A stretch of DNA of 64,000 bases, taken from assembly GCA_013265495.1 (NCBI GenBank), contig MU057987.1:186001-250000 (forward strand). The letters are read 5' to 3'. The position numbers were made by a program, and so were the translations under genes. Below are positions 36,701 through 50,800 of this stretch, one piece after another. Under the pieces are notes generated by a model, which was not told the DNA's origin, did not search any database, and saw only the letters and a program-made list of their open reading frames with translations. The number at the start of each line of letters is the position of its first letter. Position 1 is the first letter of the stretch. Source of the DNA: Vicugna vicugna. Taxonomy: Eukaryota.

Positions 36701-37819
36701 TTAATTCAACAATCACGGATCTCTGTTTTCTCTGTAGTTATAATAGAAATCAATTAAGTTTTATTGTAATATTTTGCTCAATATTTTCCTTTGTATCTTG
36801 AACACAGTATTAGAACAAGTCTAATAAAGCCATCCTTTAATACTAGTTTTTCTACATGCCCAGAATTTAAGATATAAACACTTTTGTCTCCTAAATAATT
36901 TCAAGTTTCCAAAAATTAGTGTTTGGCAGGAAATGTTTTCTTATCCATAGTTCTTTAAATTACCTTAATTTATTAAGTGTGAAAAATGATGGGCCCCTAA
37001 CATGTTTATCTTTGTATTCTTAGTCCATCTATAAATAAAAGGTTATTTCATTCTGCTTCATAAATCCTATGGATGTTGAACAATTTTATAGGATGACTGA
37101 TTCAGTTTTTTAGTAAATGAAAAGACAATGCATTTCAAGTTATCTTTTAAGCATTGCCGAAATCCAGCTGTTGCAGAATATGGTCTCTGGTAGATTTGAA
37201 ATACACCGAAGAAATAATGTGACAAGCAGTATCTAGCACTGACTTTGAATGAAACTTGTCCCATCCCTTTAAGTCAAATATTGTTTACACAGATATTTGA
37301 CTATTTAATCTTACATGCTCAGGTAAGATTTATCTATTCGGCTGTAATGGGTATGTTTTGTCATAGCAAACTACAAATGTCTCACTTATTTCATTCAACC
37401 CTATGTCATTGTATCTCTAAGAAACCTAAGAAACCTCAGCTGTGAATAGAATTCTATTATTTAAAGAATACTGGGATTTATTTTCCTCCAAAAACTGTTA
37501 GTTTAGAAAGCAACTGATTCTTTCTGTAGGTCCTTACCATTTGGTAGAGTTTCTCCCACCACCATGTTGATCCACTTAATAAATGACTGGCGGACAACTG
37601 GGATACGAATTAGCTCAGTCATTTCCAGCCTTTGGCAACAGGAGGCCAGGGCCGCTGCCCTTGGCTCTGTCAGAGCCCTAGGAGAGTACTCACGGGAGGA
37701 ACCGTCACTCAGTGGTGATGAGCATCATCCACTGGTCCCACTTCCACGCCATAAACTACCACCCCTGCACCAAAGTCCCTTCGCATTTTGTCGCCCTGTT
37801 TAAGTGGTAGTTGCTGATG

Positions 37820-37950
37820 AAGTTCAATACGACAAACACTTGTTAATCACCGCCTATAAGCAAAGCAGCATTAAGCACTGATGGAGGTAATAAATGCAGT
37901 CCCTCCCTTCAAGTAAATTACAAACCAGTAAGAAAACAGGATAATTTTTT
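37820..37950 (-). mobile_element. L2 3' end fragment
   Basis: ACAAACACTTGTTAATCACCGCCTATAAGCAAAGCA...CAGTCCCTCCCTTCAAG. Confidence 0.55.
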
Positions 37951-38276
37951 TTTAAGTAGCAATATTACATCTCAGTTTGTGGCAAATGCCAAAAAAATGG
38001 GGGAAAGAATGGCATAAAAGCTATGAAATTTTGAAAAGAGAAAGAGAAAATTGTCCATTAAACTGAGAACTAGGAACCACCCCTCCAGGTGTTCTGAGAA
38101 TATGGGATTTTCCGAGGATACGAGATTATAGAAAGGCTTCTGGGATAAACTATGCTGAAAGCATCACAGCTTTTAAGCCGCAGAAAACCTGTCACAGTTG
38201 GGAAGTTAGCCCTCACTATTTTAGGCAGATCATATTTTTGTAACTTTCCAAATCAAAATGACAAGATTTGCACACG

Positions 38277-38372
38277 TTCATTCATTTTACCACTCAGTAC
38301 ATTTTATTAAATGGCTGCTAGAAACTGGAGCCCAGGCTAGGACCAGGTGGTGTAACAGTCAACAAGACAAGC
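38277..38372 (-). mobile_element. L2 3' end fragment
   Basis: TTCATTCATT..CATTTTATTAAATGGCTGCT...GCTAGGACCAGG..ACAGTCAACAAGACA. Confidence 0.55.
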
Positions 38373-39499
38373 GGGTTGGGCGGTGCAGACATAGAAATGC
38401 AGCAATTTCGCTGCCATCGTCTGCAGATGCAGGTGAGAGGCGAGGTCAAAGGAGGAACACCTCCTCCATTCTGGAGGTTTCAAAGACAGAGTTGCAGAAA
38501 GGGACACTTCTGGACTTCAAGCTCAAGCAGCAGTATTTCAGCGTGGAAAACAAAATAAACCAAAGCCCTACCTGTGCCAAGCACTGTACTCCCATGTCAG
38601 CAGACCCTCCACTTAACAGGTATCTGGCTCTAAGGAAAACCGTTTGCCCGCTAGTGAGGACAAGAAGTAATCTTCACTTCCCATTATAATATTATTGATC
38701 CACAAGACTGCAGCATGCTGCTCAATCTAGAAGGCATTCTTTAACCGTCAGATTGTTCTAGAGATATTAAATACTTGTGCAAATTCAATCAGCCCTTGGT
38801 CAAGTAATGTGCACTGGTGGTGGCCAGCTGGTCAAGTATGGATTTTATTTTAAATAAAAGAGAGAACAAAATTATTTGTGATCATTAGGATTTTCACAGC
38901 ATTTGTTTAGGAAATGAAGTACAGTCTACTGGTAGGTGAAAAAGATCACAGAGGTCTGCACACTTAGTAAACACAGCGGTGATGACCCGATTTCCAATCT
39001 GATTTAGGAACCGCAAAGACAATCTCGGCTCTGCTCAAGGGGCCACTGAAGCTCATTTTGGATGATCAGCGAAGTGAGGGAGGTTGAACATTCTCAGCGC
39101 AGCAGTTCAGTGATCTCAGCAGTGCCAGAGACAGCCAAAGAGATTTGTTCGAGTTAAAGAAATGAGTATTTGGAGCTGCTTCTGTAGCCCTCAGGGGAAT
39201 ATTTTTCCGATTTGCTGATATGAACTAAAAAATAAATGCATCACATTTGCCAAGGTCTCTACACAATATACAGTTGAAAGAGGCTCGACAGATTTCATAA
39301 GGGCACATGTGATGCTTGGTGTCTGTGAACTCCTGTGTATCCATCTGAATTGTTCCCTTGCCAAACCCCATGTAAGAAATGGGGGACAGGATGGCATCTC
39401 TTCCTGCCTCTCTGGGACCCCTTCTACCAGCAGCTCTTCTGCTCTACTGACTTCTCCGCAGCATTTATCCATTCTCGTGTCTCAGATTATTTAAATATG

Positions 39500-40283
39500 A
39501 GGGGTATTCGGCATGCTCCTCCTGGCTTCTCTTGCGTTGCCCCTGACATATCCTCTGCAATCACCGTCTGAACTGCCTTACCATGCAATGGTTCTCCAGC
39601 CCAGCTTCCACCCCCACATTCTGCTCCATCTGCTCAGACAACGGTCACCAATGGCCTCCTCAATGCTACAGCGGATGGACCCTTCCTGACACCTTGTTAT
39701 TGACCTCTTGGCAGCATCTGACTGGTGATCACTCTTTTAGTCCAAATAACCTTCTTTGGCTCCTGAAAGGTCCCCAACTCATTTTCTTTCCAAGATCACC
39801 AACTATTGCTTCTCTCTGCTGGCTCCTTTCCCAACTCTGATAGCGCTTAAACAGTGTGGTCATTCACCTTCTTCCATCAGTCCCTACAAAACTTCAATTA
39901 TCTACTTTCACCTGGTGAGCCCCCAATCCACGTTACCAGGATAGGATCATCTCCTGAGTGCTATACTTGTTAAGGCCACCTGCCTGTGCCCCAGCTCCAC
40001 TGAATGTCACATAAGCTCTTCAAACTCAGTATGACCAAAACCAACACTGTCATTTTTCATTCTGGATTCTCGCCACTACTTATGATTGATCAGACTCACC
40101 TTTAGGGAACGTGTTCTGCCCATCACTGAACTTTACACATGCATTTTGTTTAAAACCGATCTATTCTACTTACTAAATTCTAAGCTTTCTGGGGAAAAGA
40201 GCTCTGCCTTACTCACTTTTGTATCCTCGGCACCTAGCAATGCCATAATCATTTGGGAGCTCTAAACGAACGGATGGAATGAG
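39500..40283 (+). mobile_element. L2 LINE 3' fragment
   Basis: GGTCACCAATGGCCTCC; TTGACCTCTTGGCAGCATCTGAC; CTTCAAACTCAGTATGACCAAAAC; tail TTTGTATCCTCGGCACCTAGCA. Confidence 0.8.
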
Positions 40284-40849
40284 GTGAGGTCCACGACACA
40301 GTTGATTGTTTTGCACTAAAAGGATGCACATCAGAGAAGAGTCCCAACACATGGTTGGAGGTGTTCCTGGCAGAACTGCTCAATGAGGGATCTCTTTTAT
40401 TTCTCCTGGCAGCTCTCACAACACTGCCGTGTGCCCCAGTGTCTCCATCCCAGGCAGGTACAAGAAGGCAATCCCAGGAGAACATGAAAGGAAAGAAAAG
40501 TGCCCATCAGGGTACAGCCATGAGGAATGAGTGTGTTTACAAAGGAAACAGACTCATGCTCCAGGGAGAAGGACTAGGTCTTTCTTCTTTTTTTGATATT
40601 TAACATTCAGCAGCCCGAAAGCATTCTGTGGTAATGAATAACAGCCTTGAAATATGTGAGAAGATTTTAGCATTAAGCCTTACAAATCACAAAAAAATGT
40701 CAAAAGAAATACATTTGGTTGGAAAGATAAAAGTGCTGTAGGGTAACAGCAGGACTTCCAGCCTTCACAAGTTGCACACGTACCAGTGTCCAACCGCCCT
40801 TGGGTGTTTCTAGCCCATGTTAAAATAAAGAATTCTGCCGAAGATTTTA

Positions 40850-41422
40850 GGAGGGGGAGGAGGGGCACCTCACCCGGTCTACCGGAGGCAAAGAGAGTCC
40901 TGCCTGAGAAAGTGAAACTTCAGCCAAGTTTCAAAAAGTTAACTTTGAAATTGGATGTTGTAAGCAGGAGGAAGAAGCTGTAGTAAGGCACGGGGGAGTA
41001 AATATGACATCTCATTTGGGGAACTGAGACAAGTTTGGCAGGACTTAGATTTAATGTGGGTGTATGGGAGGTGGGAGAGAGGAAAGGAACAAAGCAGGAA
41101 GCACCCTGGACGTTGTGTTTTGTACTTTGACATACATGGTAGACAGGAGCCACAGAGGGGTTTCGAATAGGAAAGCGACATGATCAGGTTTCTATTTTAG
41201 AAAGACAATTCTGGAGCCAACATACACGATACTCTGGAGAGGAATATGCCTCGAGGCAGGAAGACAAGAAGACCATTGCCATCACTGGGCAAGAAATCAG
41301 GTTTAGGGAAAGAAGGCAAAGGAATTGATTCAACAGTAATCCAGGAAGTCGAATCACGTAGGACCTTGTGCACTGTGGAACAAACTAGAAGGCTGCAGGA
41401 TGATCCCAGGGTTCTGGCTTTC
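40850..41422 (-). mobile_element. L2 LINE fragment
   Basis: GGAGCCACAGAGGGGTTTCGAATAGGAAAGCGACATGATCAGGTTTCTATTTTAGAAAGACAATTCTGG. Confidence 0.75.
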
Positions 41423-43089
41423 GTTTCATTCAGTCATTCAGAATACAGATTGCCTAGAATTACAGATGAGTAATTTAGAGGATGTGCCCTTAAATTACTC
41501 TCATTGTGACACAGGACGTCTCACGCTGTGTGACTCAGGGAGTCAGGGTCTCATAAACATGCCATCCCTGGGAGAGCTGGGGGAAGGGAGAGGAGAAATA
41601 AGCAACTTGCATTCAAATAAAGATATTTTATATGTGAATATTATTTCCACTGATTTTCAGATATTCAAATCAGGTTTTAAAATGTTTTAGCCTGTGAAAA
41701 TATGACTTGAGAATTTTTAATCCTTTCACAAATCTGAGCTGTCTGGCTAGAAGGGAACATATGAGTCGTTTTTCATCTACTGACCACAGTGTTTAGGTCA
41801 GTTATTGGCAAAAACAACAAAGTATCATGTAAAAAAATTAAAGTTGCGAAAATATATAAGCTATCTTGAAATAGAAAACCTGGTGGCAGAGTACCCTCCA
41901 TTTCTTTGGCACATGGAAGCTAGATGTAGCATCTGCAGAGTGTGTTCATACAGCTTTTCCAGAGATGCCTTGTGAAACCACAATCTCACTCACATGAGAG
42001 CCTTAGGAGAAGCCAGATTTCACACCTCCACCCTTCAAAGTTCTAACATAAGAAAGATCTGAAGTCATAACATCTTTAAGGGACTTTGGAGAGATATGAG
42101 ATGCCACTCATGGAATGTCAATGCCTGCCAAGGGGCTCTGCCCGGGGCGTATTCATGAAAGAAGATGACCAACAGTCATGAAAGTCTTCAGCCCTTTCAA
42201 CAAAGTATCTCAAGGCAATAATAGAGAGGAAAGACAATCCTCTGAGTCTGTAAATAAACAAAGAACTCGCATCCCCAGAGACTCGCCCTTCTTCATAAAC
42301 GCTTTTCAAATGGAGATCATATTGTCTCCAGGGAAAGGACAACGAAAGAAGAGGCCATGATACCACCCTGCCTGCCGCCATATGTCTGCTCCAGGAGAGG
42401 ATAAAACTCTGAATGAGAGCCATGTGAACCAGGGACGAGAGCCCTCCCTTGGATTTATGACCAACCTGCTCTTCATTTCACCCAGTTGAGGGCACTCATG
42501 TTCTTAATAAAATGCTTTGAAATCCTGACATGAGAAACACACAACATTATCATCGCAAAAATCCGTAAAGTTCTCAGTGCTTCACCAGTGATCTCAGTGA
42601 AACCACAGAACAACCCAATAGGCTCCCCACCTTATTTAAAAACAAGCACAGAAGAACATCTGGACTCAGAGAAAAATGGCCTCTCTTATAAATCGCTTTC
42701 CTGGTCATAACACAGACCTTACCTGCAGTTACCTCAGTGCAACATCGCTCCCTCTGATCCAGCGCCCGAGCTCCTGACAAGGTCAAGCACACTACATCTC
42801 AGCAGGCATCAGCTCGTGACTCCTTTTCAACAGCAATACTTTTGAAATGACTGATGCGGACACCCAGGGGTTCTTAATGGACCTGCTGCCATCACCACAA
42901 TGGATACTGTTTAAGGAGCTGTCTCTCATATGTGCTGTGCAAATCATTTCCCTACAAGTGTGGGTTTATTGATCTGAATAAACCACCCTTTGAGGTAAAG
43001 AAGGTAAGATCTTTGTTAGTCACCGGATATTTCAGTACCAATAAAGCCACACTTTGGAGAATGTGTTCTCTTTCAGGTCTGTTGCCTCT

Positions 43090-43260
43090 CATTTTGTTTG
43101 GTTTGCTTTGGTTTTAGCTTTGAGTCTGTTAACCCCTCTAAGTGTAGGGTTAACACCATTTAGAAAAAAAGGTCTCCACCCTTATTTCTTTGCAACCTCT
43201 TCTCAGCACCTGGTACAATGCTTGGTACAGAGCAGGCATGTTAAATGAAGATTTATTGTA
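43090..43260 (+). mobile_element. L2 3' end fragment
   Basis: CTCAGCACCTGGTACAATGCTTGGTACAGAGCAGGCA. Confidence 0.55.
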
Positions 43261-43424
43261 CTCCCAGTCCAACAGCTCGCCACATACCTAGCATTAGGAC
43301 ACCACATACTAACATGCTAGGACGAGAAATTAAGAAGAATGAATAGAAAGGATCTGTATCAAAGGTTCATTTCAAGCTGGTTGAAGTTAAATAATGCCGT
43401 TTCACTGGGCCATAATGATTATGG

Positions 43425-43525
43425 GAAGATATGAAAGGGGACGCTGTACTGTTATCTTTGCTTTTTATTCCTAACAGTGTCTTCGCATATAATGGATACT
43501 TAATAAATAATTTCTGGATGGATTT
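43425..43525 (+). mobile_element. L2 3' end fragment
   Basis: CCTAACAGTGTCTTCGCATATAATGGATACTTAATAAATAATTTCTGGATGGAT. Confidence 0.5.
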
Positions 43526-44933
43526 CTTTTGTCACAGTCAGTCAAAATGCAAACTCCCAATTCAAGGAAATTCTTTTCCACTATGAAAAACTATGTGGGG
43601 AAACTTCGTTACATGCCTCTGTCTCACAAGGGACATCAGAGATTTCCAGCATGAAATAAAATGTCTTGTCATTTTACCCATTTCAAATCTTGGTGTTCAC
43701 ATCTAGAATTGGCAGAAAAAGAAAGAAAGGAGAAGCCAACCCCCTCCCTGAATTATTTTAGTTTCTTTTTTAATGGCTGATATTCCTTTTTTTTTTCCAT
43801 GCTGATTGTCCATCAGCAAAATATCCATTAATTAGGTACCTATACATGCTTTAAAAAACATATTATGTATTTATAGACGTCTGATTGGCACTTTATGAGG
43901 TGGTTCAAGATAGTAGGGCAGGAAAAGATAGGGGTTTGAAAATTGGGCAGTAATAGCAACAGGCTATTAAGCAATTCTGCATAATTCTCATAGTATTTAT
44001 TACATATTCTTTAGTATATGCTCAGTAATTAAAATACAATTTAACACAAATAAACCTGGAGATACACCAGAAGAATTCAGTGTGTTTTACTGTTACTAGG
44101 CACATATTTCTCACAGGTGAATGTTGCCATTTTTTAAATATAAATTTTACTGAACAGCTTATATGAAGTATGTGGTGAATTTCCTGGTTCCAATAAAGTT
44201 AAATGGTTCTCTAACTACAAAGCAAAAGGAGTGTCAACATAGTGGCAAATGGTTTCCTGTAGTGAAGAGGGGCTGGGACCACTGCTGCTTATGAACTTGA
44301 GCTAACTAACTAATCAGTTAGTTCACCTTAGGAGGCAACAATTCATAGGATAACTTGCTCTCTGTAGAGGGTTCTGATAAGTCCGCAGTAACTAACGTGT
44401 CATAAATGACAATAAAACTGAATTGACTTATTTGCATTTAAGCTTACTATTCCTTTACCTGATGTACCAAATTTCAATTATGTTAACATTTTCGGTCTGG
44501 GAATAATCACTATACTTTATACTAAGCCTATAAACTTGAGGACTAAGTTATCAGTAATAAATACAAGTCTGTACTTAGGTAATAGACAAGAAACAGAAGT
44601 AATCAATTTTGATTAGTTATTTTGTTGGAATCTCCTAACATCAAAAATTAGAATAATCATACATAGATGTAAACACCCAGCTTGTAAAAGCGATTTCTTA
44701 TATTGTTTTAAAGTCATGGGCAATTTCCAACTTCTTGATACATCGGAGGGAACACTTGCAAATGTATCCAGTTTGGCATTTGTGGGAGAAAATCCCTCAG
44801 ATGCAAAATTTCACTGGCTGCTCAGATACGAAAGTCATTTTGGTTTCACTTAAAAATTAACACATCCTCTCACTGACATTTAAGACCAGTAATTGGCTGT
44901 GAAGTGCTCAGTGATGCTTTTAGAGGAACTGTG

Positions 44934-45018
44934 GTATATATATAATGAATATAAATGTGGTCTATATGTATATCATTTTATATATATAATAATAATATAT
45001 ATAATGATATATATATAA
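44934..45018. repeat. (TA)-rich low-complexity tract
   Basis: Seen directly. Confidence 0.8.
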
Positions 45019-46984
45019 ACTTTTCATTTGCTACTCTATTACATCATCCTGTTGCTGGAATGTACTGTATATAATAACATTGGAATTATATTGTATGTAA
45101 TAATACTCTATTGAAAATGACTGCCTTTTTCCTCTCTTACAGACTTTCGGAAATGGTAAAATTTAAATCAAACACCCCTTTGAAATCCTAATAAAACTAG
45201 CAGTTGGAGAGCAAAGGGAAAGGATAAAAGGCTCAAGGAAGTACTCTCACACAGATTTCTCTGTCCTTTCATTTTTATAGCAGCTGTGGGATGCACCTAG
45301 CCAAATTTTAATGATAAATTATAATATGGAAAGAATGAAGAAAAAGAAAGAGAACAGCTAAGGAGGGGAAACACGGGATGCTTAAATACCTAAAGTACAT
45401 ACATCTCTACGTAAAATTTTGTCAATTTTTATGAATAAATTCAGATTGTGGAACAGTTAAGGAAAAACATCCAGATAAAAAAAGGAAATGGAAGAATCAA
45501 GCAATGGTTGGAGAACATATTATATTATCTTTTTTTCCCTTATTTTCAAATGTTAGCCTTCTCGTTCATCCCCTCAAACATTTAGAAAGGATACAGAAAA
45601 TAAAACCAGCAACTGTAATCCGTCATCACGCCTCCTGACGTCTATCCCAGAAACACGCTCCAGTTGAAGAACGGTCACTTGTAGTTTTAATGTATTTGTT
45701 TGAAAAATATTCACTGAGCACCCACTTCGTGTCAGTTTCTTAAGCGCTTCAATTTCACATTACACATACCATGTTCCCTCCTGCCCAAACACGTAACAGT
45801 GACATCTGGAATTCCTAATCATGAGACACAAGTGATACTGGGGAATACTGGAACTCGTTCTATTAACTAGAGAGAGCCGACTACTCGTCAGAGTTGTAAG
45901 ACGTTTTCATTGGATTAAAAAAAAAAAGAGTGATATATCAATAGGTGACAACCATATTCGTAATTCTCTTGCAACATTAGAAGTATGCATTGAAAATTTC
46001 TTTCAGTTTATATTAATATTTAGGTGTAAGAATCCAAGGAAAATTATATGTACAAATGTATATATGAAAGGCTGCTTTTAAGGGCTTTTGCTCAATGTAA
46101 TACATTGTGTTGAATACACATTTAGAGATAAAGACACAGTCTGATTGCTCTTAATGCCACTTATCAATAAAGACTGGTTTTAAAACTTGTAGTTCAATGA
46201 GGGCTAAACTCAAGGAACATGTTCATTGTAAAACGTATTTAGCGGAGCTGTAATCCTATTCCTCCCCGCCGCTGCCCTATAAATAGCAGTTTTGATTGCA
46301 CATAATGGTGGTTTCATTTTTCAGTGAGGAAGGAGGAGAGTTAATGAGAACCTCTCAGTTTTTTCTGACCAAGGTACAATATGAGAAAGAGTAATCTGGA
46401 GAACCTAAAAATGATTGGGTCCATGCAACTTACAGTATTAGTTTCTGGATGTTAAAATTAAAAACAAAACAAAACAAAACAAAATACTACTTAATCTCTA
46501 GCATTTAACCTAGGACAAAACTATGTAGAAGTTTTCAAAGAACTTTTCTCTCTCAAAGAGTGCCATCTCTCATGGTTCTGAAAGCACGGCCCAAGAAAAC
46601 CTTCTAGGTTAATCACTCGTATTACTTATGCCTCAAATATTAAAAACATGCCTAAACAATGAAGAAAGGTTATCATACTACCTTCAGCCAAAGAAGACAA
46701 TCACCCATTCAGAAAACAAAGAAGAAAATGTTCACTGTTGCTTGGAATATGATTTATTATACAATTTGGGGATAGCATGATGACAATGTGCACCAGCAGT
46801 GCTAAAACACTCATATTTATTTTTATCCTGGATTTGCATTTCTGTAAAACAATCTGAAATTCTTCAAAATCTTAATACCCTTAATATTAAAATATACCAA
46901 TATTCATTAGAAAAAATTGAAATAACTATGGCACATATATAGAGAAAATATTACTAAGTCCTTCTAATCACCCTTTTGAAGTTT

Positions 46985-47108
46985 TCTTTTAAGCTTTATT
47001 GATAGATAACGTTTATATAAAAATTCATAGCTAGATGAATTTTCACAGAATAAACACAACATGTGCATTCGTGCCCCAATCGAGAAACAGAATGTTACCT
47101 TCATCCCA
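46985..47108 (-). mobile_element. Old L1M 3' end fragment
   Basis: AGCTTTATTGA...TAGCTAGATGAATTTTCACAGA...CAATCGAGAAACAGAATGTTACC. Confidence 0.65.
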
Positions 47109-47127
47109 ATGTGTATAACGCTTAAAA

Positions 47128-47324
47128 ACCTAGCTCTACAAGTGCAGCCCTCAGGCCAACAGCATCAGTCTCCCATGGGAAACTGTTAGGCTAACATGCC
47201 AGTTCTAAGATTTCATCCCAATTAGAAGGCCCAGAGATAAAGAGGCCCAGCAAGCCATGTCTTATCAAAGGCTGGAGGTGACTCTCAGGTATACCACAGG
47301 TATACCAAAGTTTAAGAACCACTG
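47128..47324 (+). mobile_element. MER5A (hAT-Charlie MITE)
   Basis: CCAACAGCATCAGTCTCCCATGGGAAACTGTTAG...GGCCCAGCAAGCC...AAAGTTTAAGAACCACTG. Contains an 11-bp tandem duplication CAGGTATACCA x2 (47286-47307). Confidence 0.75.
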
Positions 47325-47394
47325 GCCCAGGGAAATACATTTTATTATAAAATAAAAGTAGTACTTACACATATTATTTTAATGATGTAAAAAT

Positions 47395-47540
47395 AGGCAT
47401 AGAAAAAAAAAGAATGGCGGTAAATATGACAAATGATGACAGCAGCTATTCCTAGAGAGTAAAATTGTAGGTCATTTTTATTTTCTTCTTTGTATGTTTT
47501 TGCATTATCCAGATTTACTGAAATGATTGTAATACTTTGA
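47395..47540 (+). mobile_element. L1ME-type 3'UTR fragment
   Basis: CATAGAAAAAAAA...AAATTGTAGGTCATTTTTATTTTCTTCTTTGTATGTTTTTGCATT. Confidence 0.55.
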
Positions 47541-48189
47541 GGATACTACTGAACACATTTATTTCAGTCTTTTAAAGTATGTTATTGTCAGCTAAACCAG
47601 AAAAGTGTCTAATGAGGACACTGTATAGTTGTCTGGCCTGAACTCACTGCCATTACAATTTCCATTCTGCATACCAACATCTACATGTGAGCGATATAAG
47701 AGACGAAAACCCCACCCAGTTATTCTTTAAATGTTTGGAAGAATTAAAGTACATGTTCACCAACCGAACATATTGATAGCTGCACAGATGGGAATAAATA
47801 TTGCCTTGCCTGAGCATAGGAGGCAATCTTGAAATTGGAAGGCAAGTTAAATCCTCAAAGACTTCACATTTACTAAGCCCTTTTATTTTAAGGAACGTGA
47901 CCTTTCCAAAAGAAGCTTTTCAATTCCACTTCTCCCCCAAAGGTGAAAATAAATAGTTCTTTGTCATAGCAAAGTGGATGTTCGATGAGGGTAGATTAAA
48001 AGAGCAATTCAAGTGCTGCAAAACACGGAACCGAACTCTGATGATGGTAAAGTAATTCCAGTAGCTGTTATCAATGCCCAGCCCCTATCCCTCAGTCCTG
48101 TTGTTTCAGAGAGCAGGACTTTCATAAACCAGTACTGGGCATCTGTGTTTGAAGTCTCTTCCAGAAGGCTGCTCTGTTCCACGGCTCAC

Positions 48190-48504
48190 AGATCATAAGT
48201 GCCAAGGACTCAACATTTTGAAGAGCAGCCCTCAACAAATGACTGCTGATGTGGATGTATAAATACCTCAACTCCCCCCCACCCACCTCGTGAGGTCATT
48301 CCAAAGCACACATCTCAATGATTCCCAGAGACTCCCTGCGGGACTATGCTTCTCTCACATGACGGTAACACAGATGCTTCATGGGCTGCCGCCCTTCCCT
48401 GTATGACACCCCTACTTTCTGGCAGGTGTCCCTTGTACCTCCCAAATAACTGACGTGCATCCTTGTCTCAGTGTATTTCTTTTGCGATGCACACAAGTAA
48501 AGTG
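48190..48504 (+). mobile_element. LTR16-like ERVL LTR
   Basis: 3' end ACCTCCCAAATAACTGACGTGCATCCTTGTCTCAGTGT resembles the LTR16 CCCAAATAAACTACTTGCAC..ATCCTTGTCTCAGG. The 5' boundary is uncertain. Confidence 0.55.
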
Positions 48505-50089
48505 TTAACCTGCCAAATAATGCAGAAGACACGGTAGGTATTATTTACTATAAATCTATTAAAATGCATTTTTATAAGCCATGGGGATTACATTCATTGC
48601 TCTGATTATAATTATGAATGTAATTTAACCCTGCTAATTAGACGTTGCTTCCTGAGGATCTGAGCAGTCCTCAGTTTTCCTAAAGGTTTGAACCATTATT
48701 CATATAGTGAAAGAAATATATTGATAATCAAAATTATTTAACAATAGGTATGACATGATTGTTATTATAATAACTTTAATAATAATAGAGATTGTTATAG
48801 AGCTAGACCAAATCTCATTTGCCAGCTATTAACTGCTTGGTGGCAGTATTGGGAAGGCTATCTGGGGTCTTGGGGAAGAGTCTTGAACAAGAGATGGGTA
48901 TTATAAAGGCTCAGGCAAGTGGATATGTAAAACCAGTTTAGAAGGATTACAATATTTTAATAATCAGTAAGGCCTTTCTGGTGCTTACCAACTGAAAATT
49001 AACACATCCAAAGAAAGATCTTGAACACCATATACATGAATATCTTCTTTTTTGTAATTAAACAATCTAGCATTATTTCCAATGGGATCAACACAGTTAG
49101 CATATAAAATAACTTCCAAGAGGCACTCTGTTCTTGGGAATCACATTGTCAAAGAAAACAAGCATGAAGAATATGGATAATTTAAAAATAAAATATAGAA
49201 ATGCTTTCAATCCAGCAAAATGACTATCAACAAAGAGAAAATCCTCCTGGTGCTGTGAATGTAAACTCCTGAATATACATGAATATAACATGCCTATTGA
49301 AATACAATCGCCCCCTGATTGGAATGCCTCTTTATTTATACTACGCTATCAACACACAAGGAATTCACCCTGTGTCGAGTGCTGAATAAAAAAGGTGAAC
49401 AGAAATACACAGTTGCTAAAAAAGGTTTGTAATCTCCAAGTACTACAAGGGAATTCAGAGGCCAGTAGTTGGTTAAGGCTGAAATACGATGTGAGTGGCC
49501 ATTGTTATCAAAATGATTCCCTATAAATTTGGGCAATTAACTGAAGTGTGAAAGATGAGACTGCGTGAAAAAAAAATACACTGTTTCTACCATAGTTGTA
49601 CAGAAAAGAGGAAAGAAAAGAAAAAAAGAAGAAAGGAAAAGGCAACTCTGCCTTGAAAGACACAGGATTTACAGTTTTTAACAATATTTTATAAACCTCA
49701 AGAACAGCTTCTTATCTAGAGAGACAGAAAAAATCAAATTGAAATGAACTCTTCCTGAACTTATACAAACAGATAATGAACAAAATGTTTTCTGTATTAG
49801 ATTTTAACACAGGCTATTTAAAAAGAGTATTTCTGCATCTGGAAAACATAACATCTCTGAACAAGAGATGGTTTTTTCCCAGTCCCCAACCATCCACAGT
49901 GAGAACTTACGTTTCACTAAAACAGAGCACTATCTAGCAATCACAACCGAGCACAATCGGCAGATTTTCCTTTATGCTTTGATGGTAAATCATGCATTTA
50001 AATAATTTTCCACAGTCAACCTTAGATGCACAGCATCGGATAAATCATCTTTGTGCCACGACACTGACATCATTGATCCATACGTGCCT

Positions 50090-50800
50090 TGCTTTTATTG
50101 ATTATTCAATTAGTGTTTTCTGAATAATGGAACAAACACCTGCTAATTCACCATCCCCAAAACAAAAGCTACTATGTAGAGCATAACTTACATCTAATTA
50201 CATGGTTCCTCCAATGGCACATCCCTCTTGGCTCTACTATGCAAGATAGCCGTCATCCAAAATTCTGGGTTCATCACTTCTTAGCTTTCCTTTGAAAATA
50301 ATTTGCAGCATTTGTCTGCACCATGTGTTAGTTTGCTTCAGTTCTTTTTAGAGTTATGAAAAGGACAGCATGCTACCTGTAATTTGTGGGGACTCATTTT
50401 TTTCCTATAATACTATAATGCTATGTTTTTTTTATGCTGTCACTTGTTGCCATAGTCCATTCACTTTGACTGTTGATAACATGGTGTGAATATGCAATTT
50501 ATTAATTCATCCTCCAATCAGTGGGCATTTGAGTCCTTTCCAGTTTTTCACTATTGAAATGGTATTATAGATATTTTTGTATATGTGTCCTTTGTAAATG
50601 TGCAGGATTTCCTCTTTATTGGAGATTTCCCCTGAAGTGGAATTTGCTGAGTCACCGTGGACTGAATGATCACTTTCAGGAGACAATGCCCAATTACTCT
50701 CTCACCAGCAATGTGTTAGAAATTCCATGGATCCATCTTCTCCTTGAAAAGTATTACTATGTGGAAATATTGGCTGACCTTGCTTTCCCAGTGTGAAATA
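50090..50800 (-). mobile_element. Old L1ME 3' fragment
   Basis: GTGGGCATTTGAGTCCTTTCCAGTTTTTCACTATT; GAAGTGGAATTTGCTGAGTCA; CTCTCACCAGCAATGTGT. Confidence 0.75.

Noticed and set aside
43127..43155. 9-bp inverted repeat TGTTAACCC/GGGTTAACA
   Set aside because: Short, inside an L2 relic, and too small for a pre-miRNA.
45121..45161. Acceptor plus 13-nt candidate microexon
   Set aside because: The donor ATG|GTAAAA is weak and the supporting motifs seen at 2547 are mostly absent.
48884..49871. Dispersed 14-bp direct repeats (TGAACAAGAGATGG; ATATACATGAATAT)
   Set aside because: Only pairs, irregularly spaced, with no poly(A) or element between them; not an array and not CRISPR-like.
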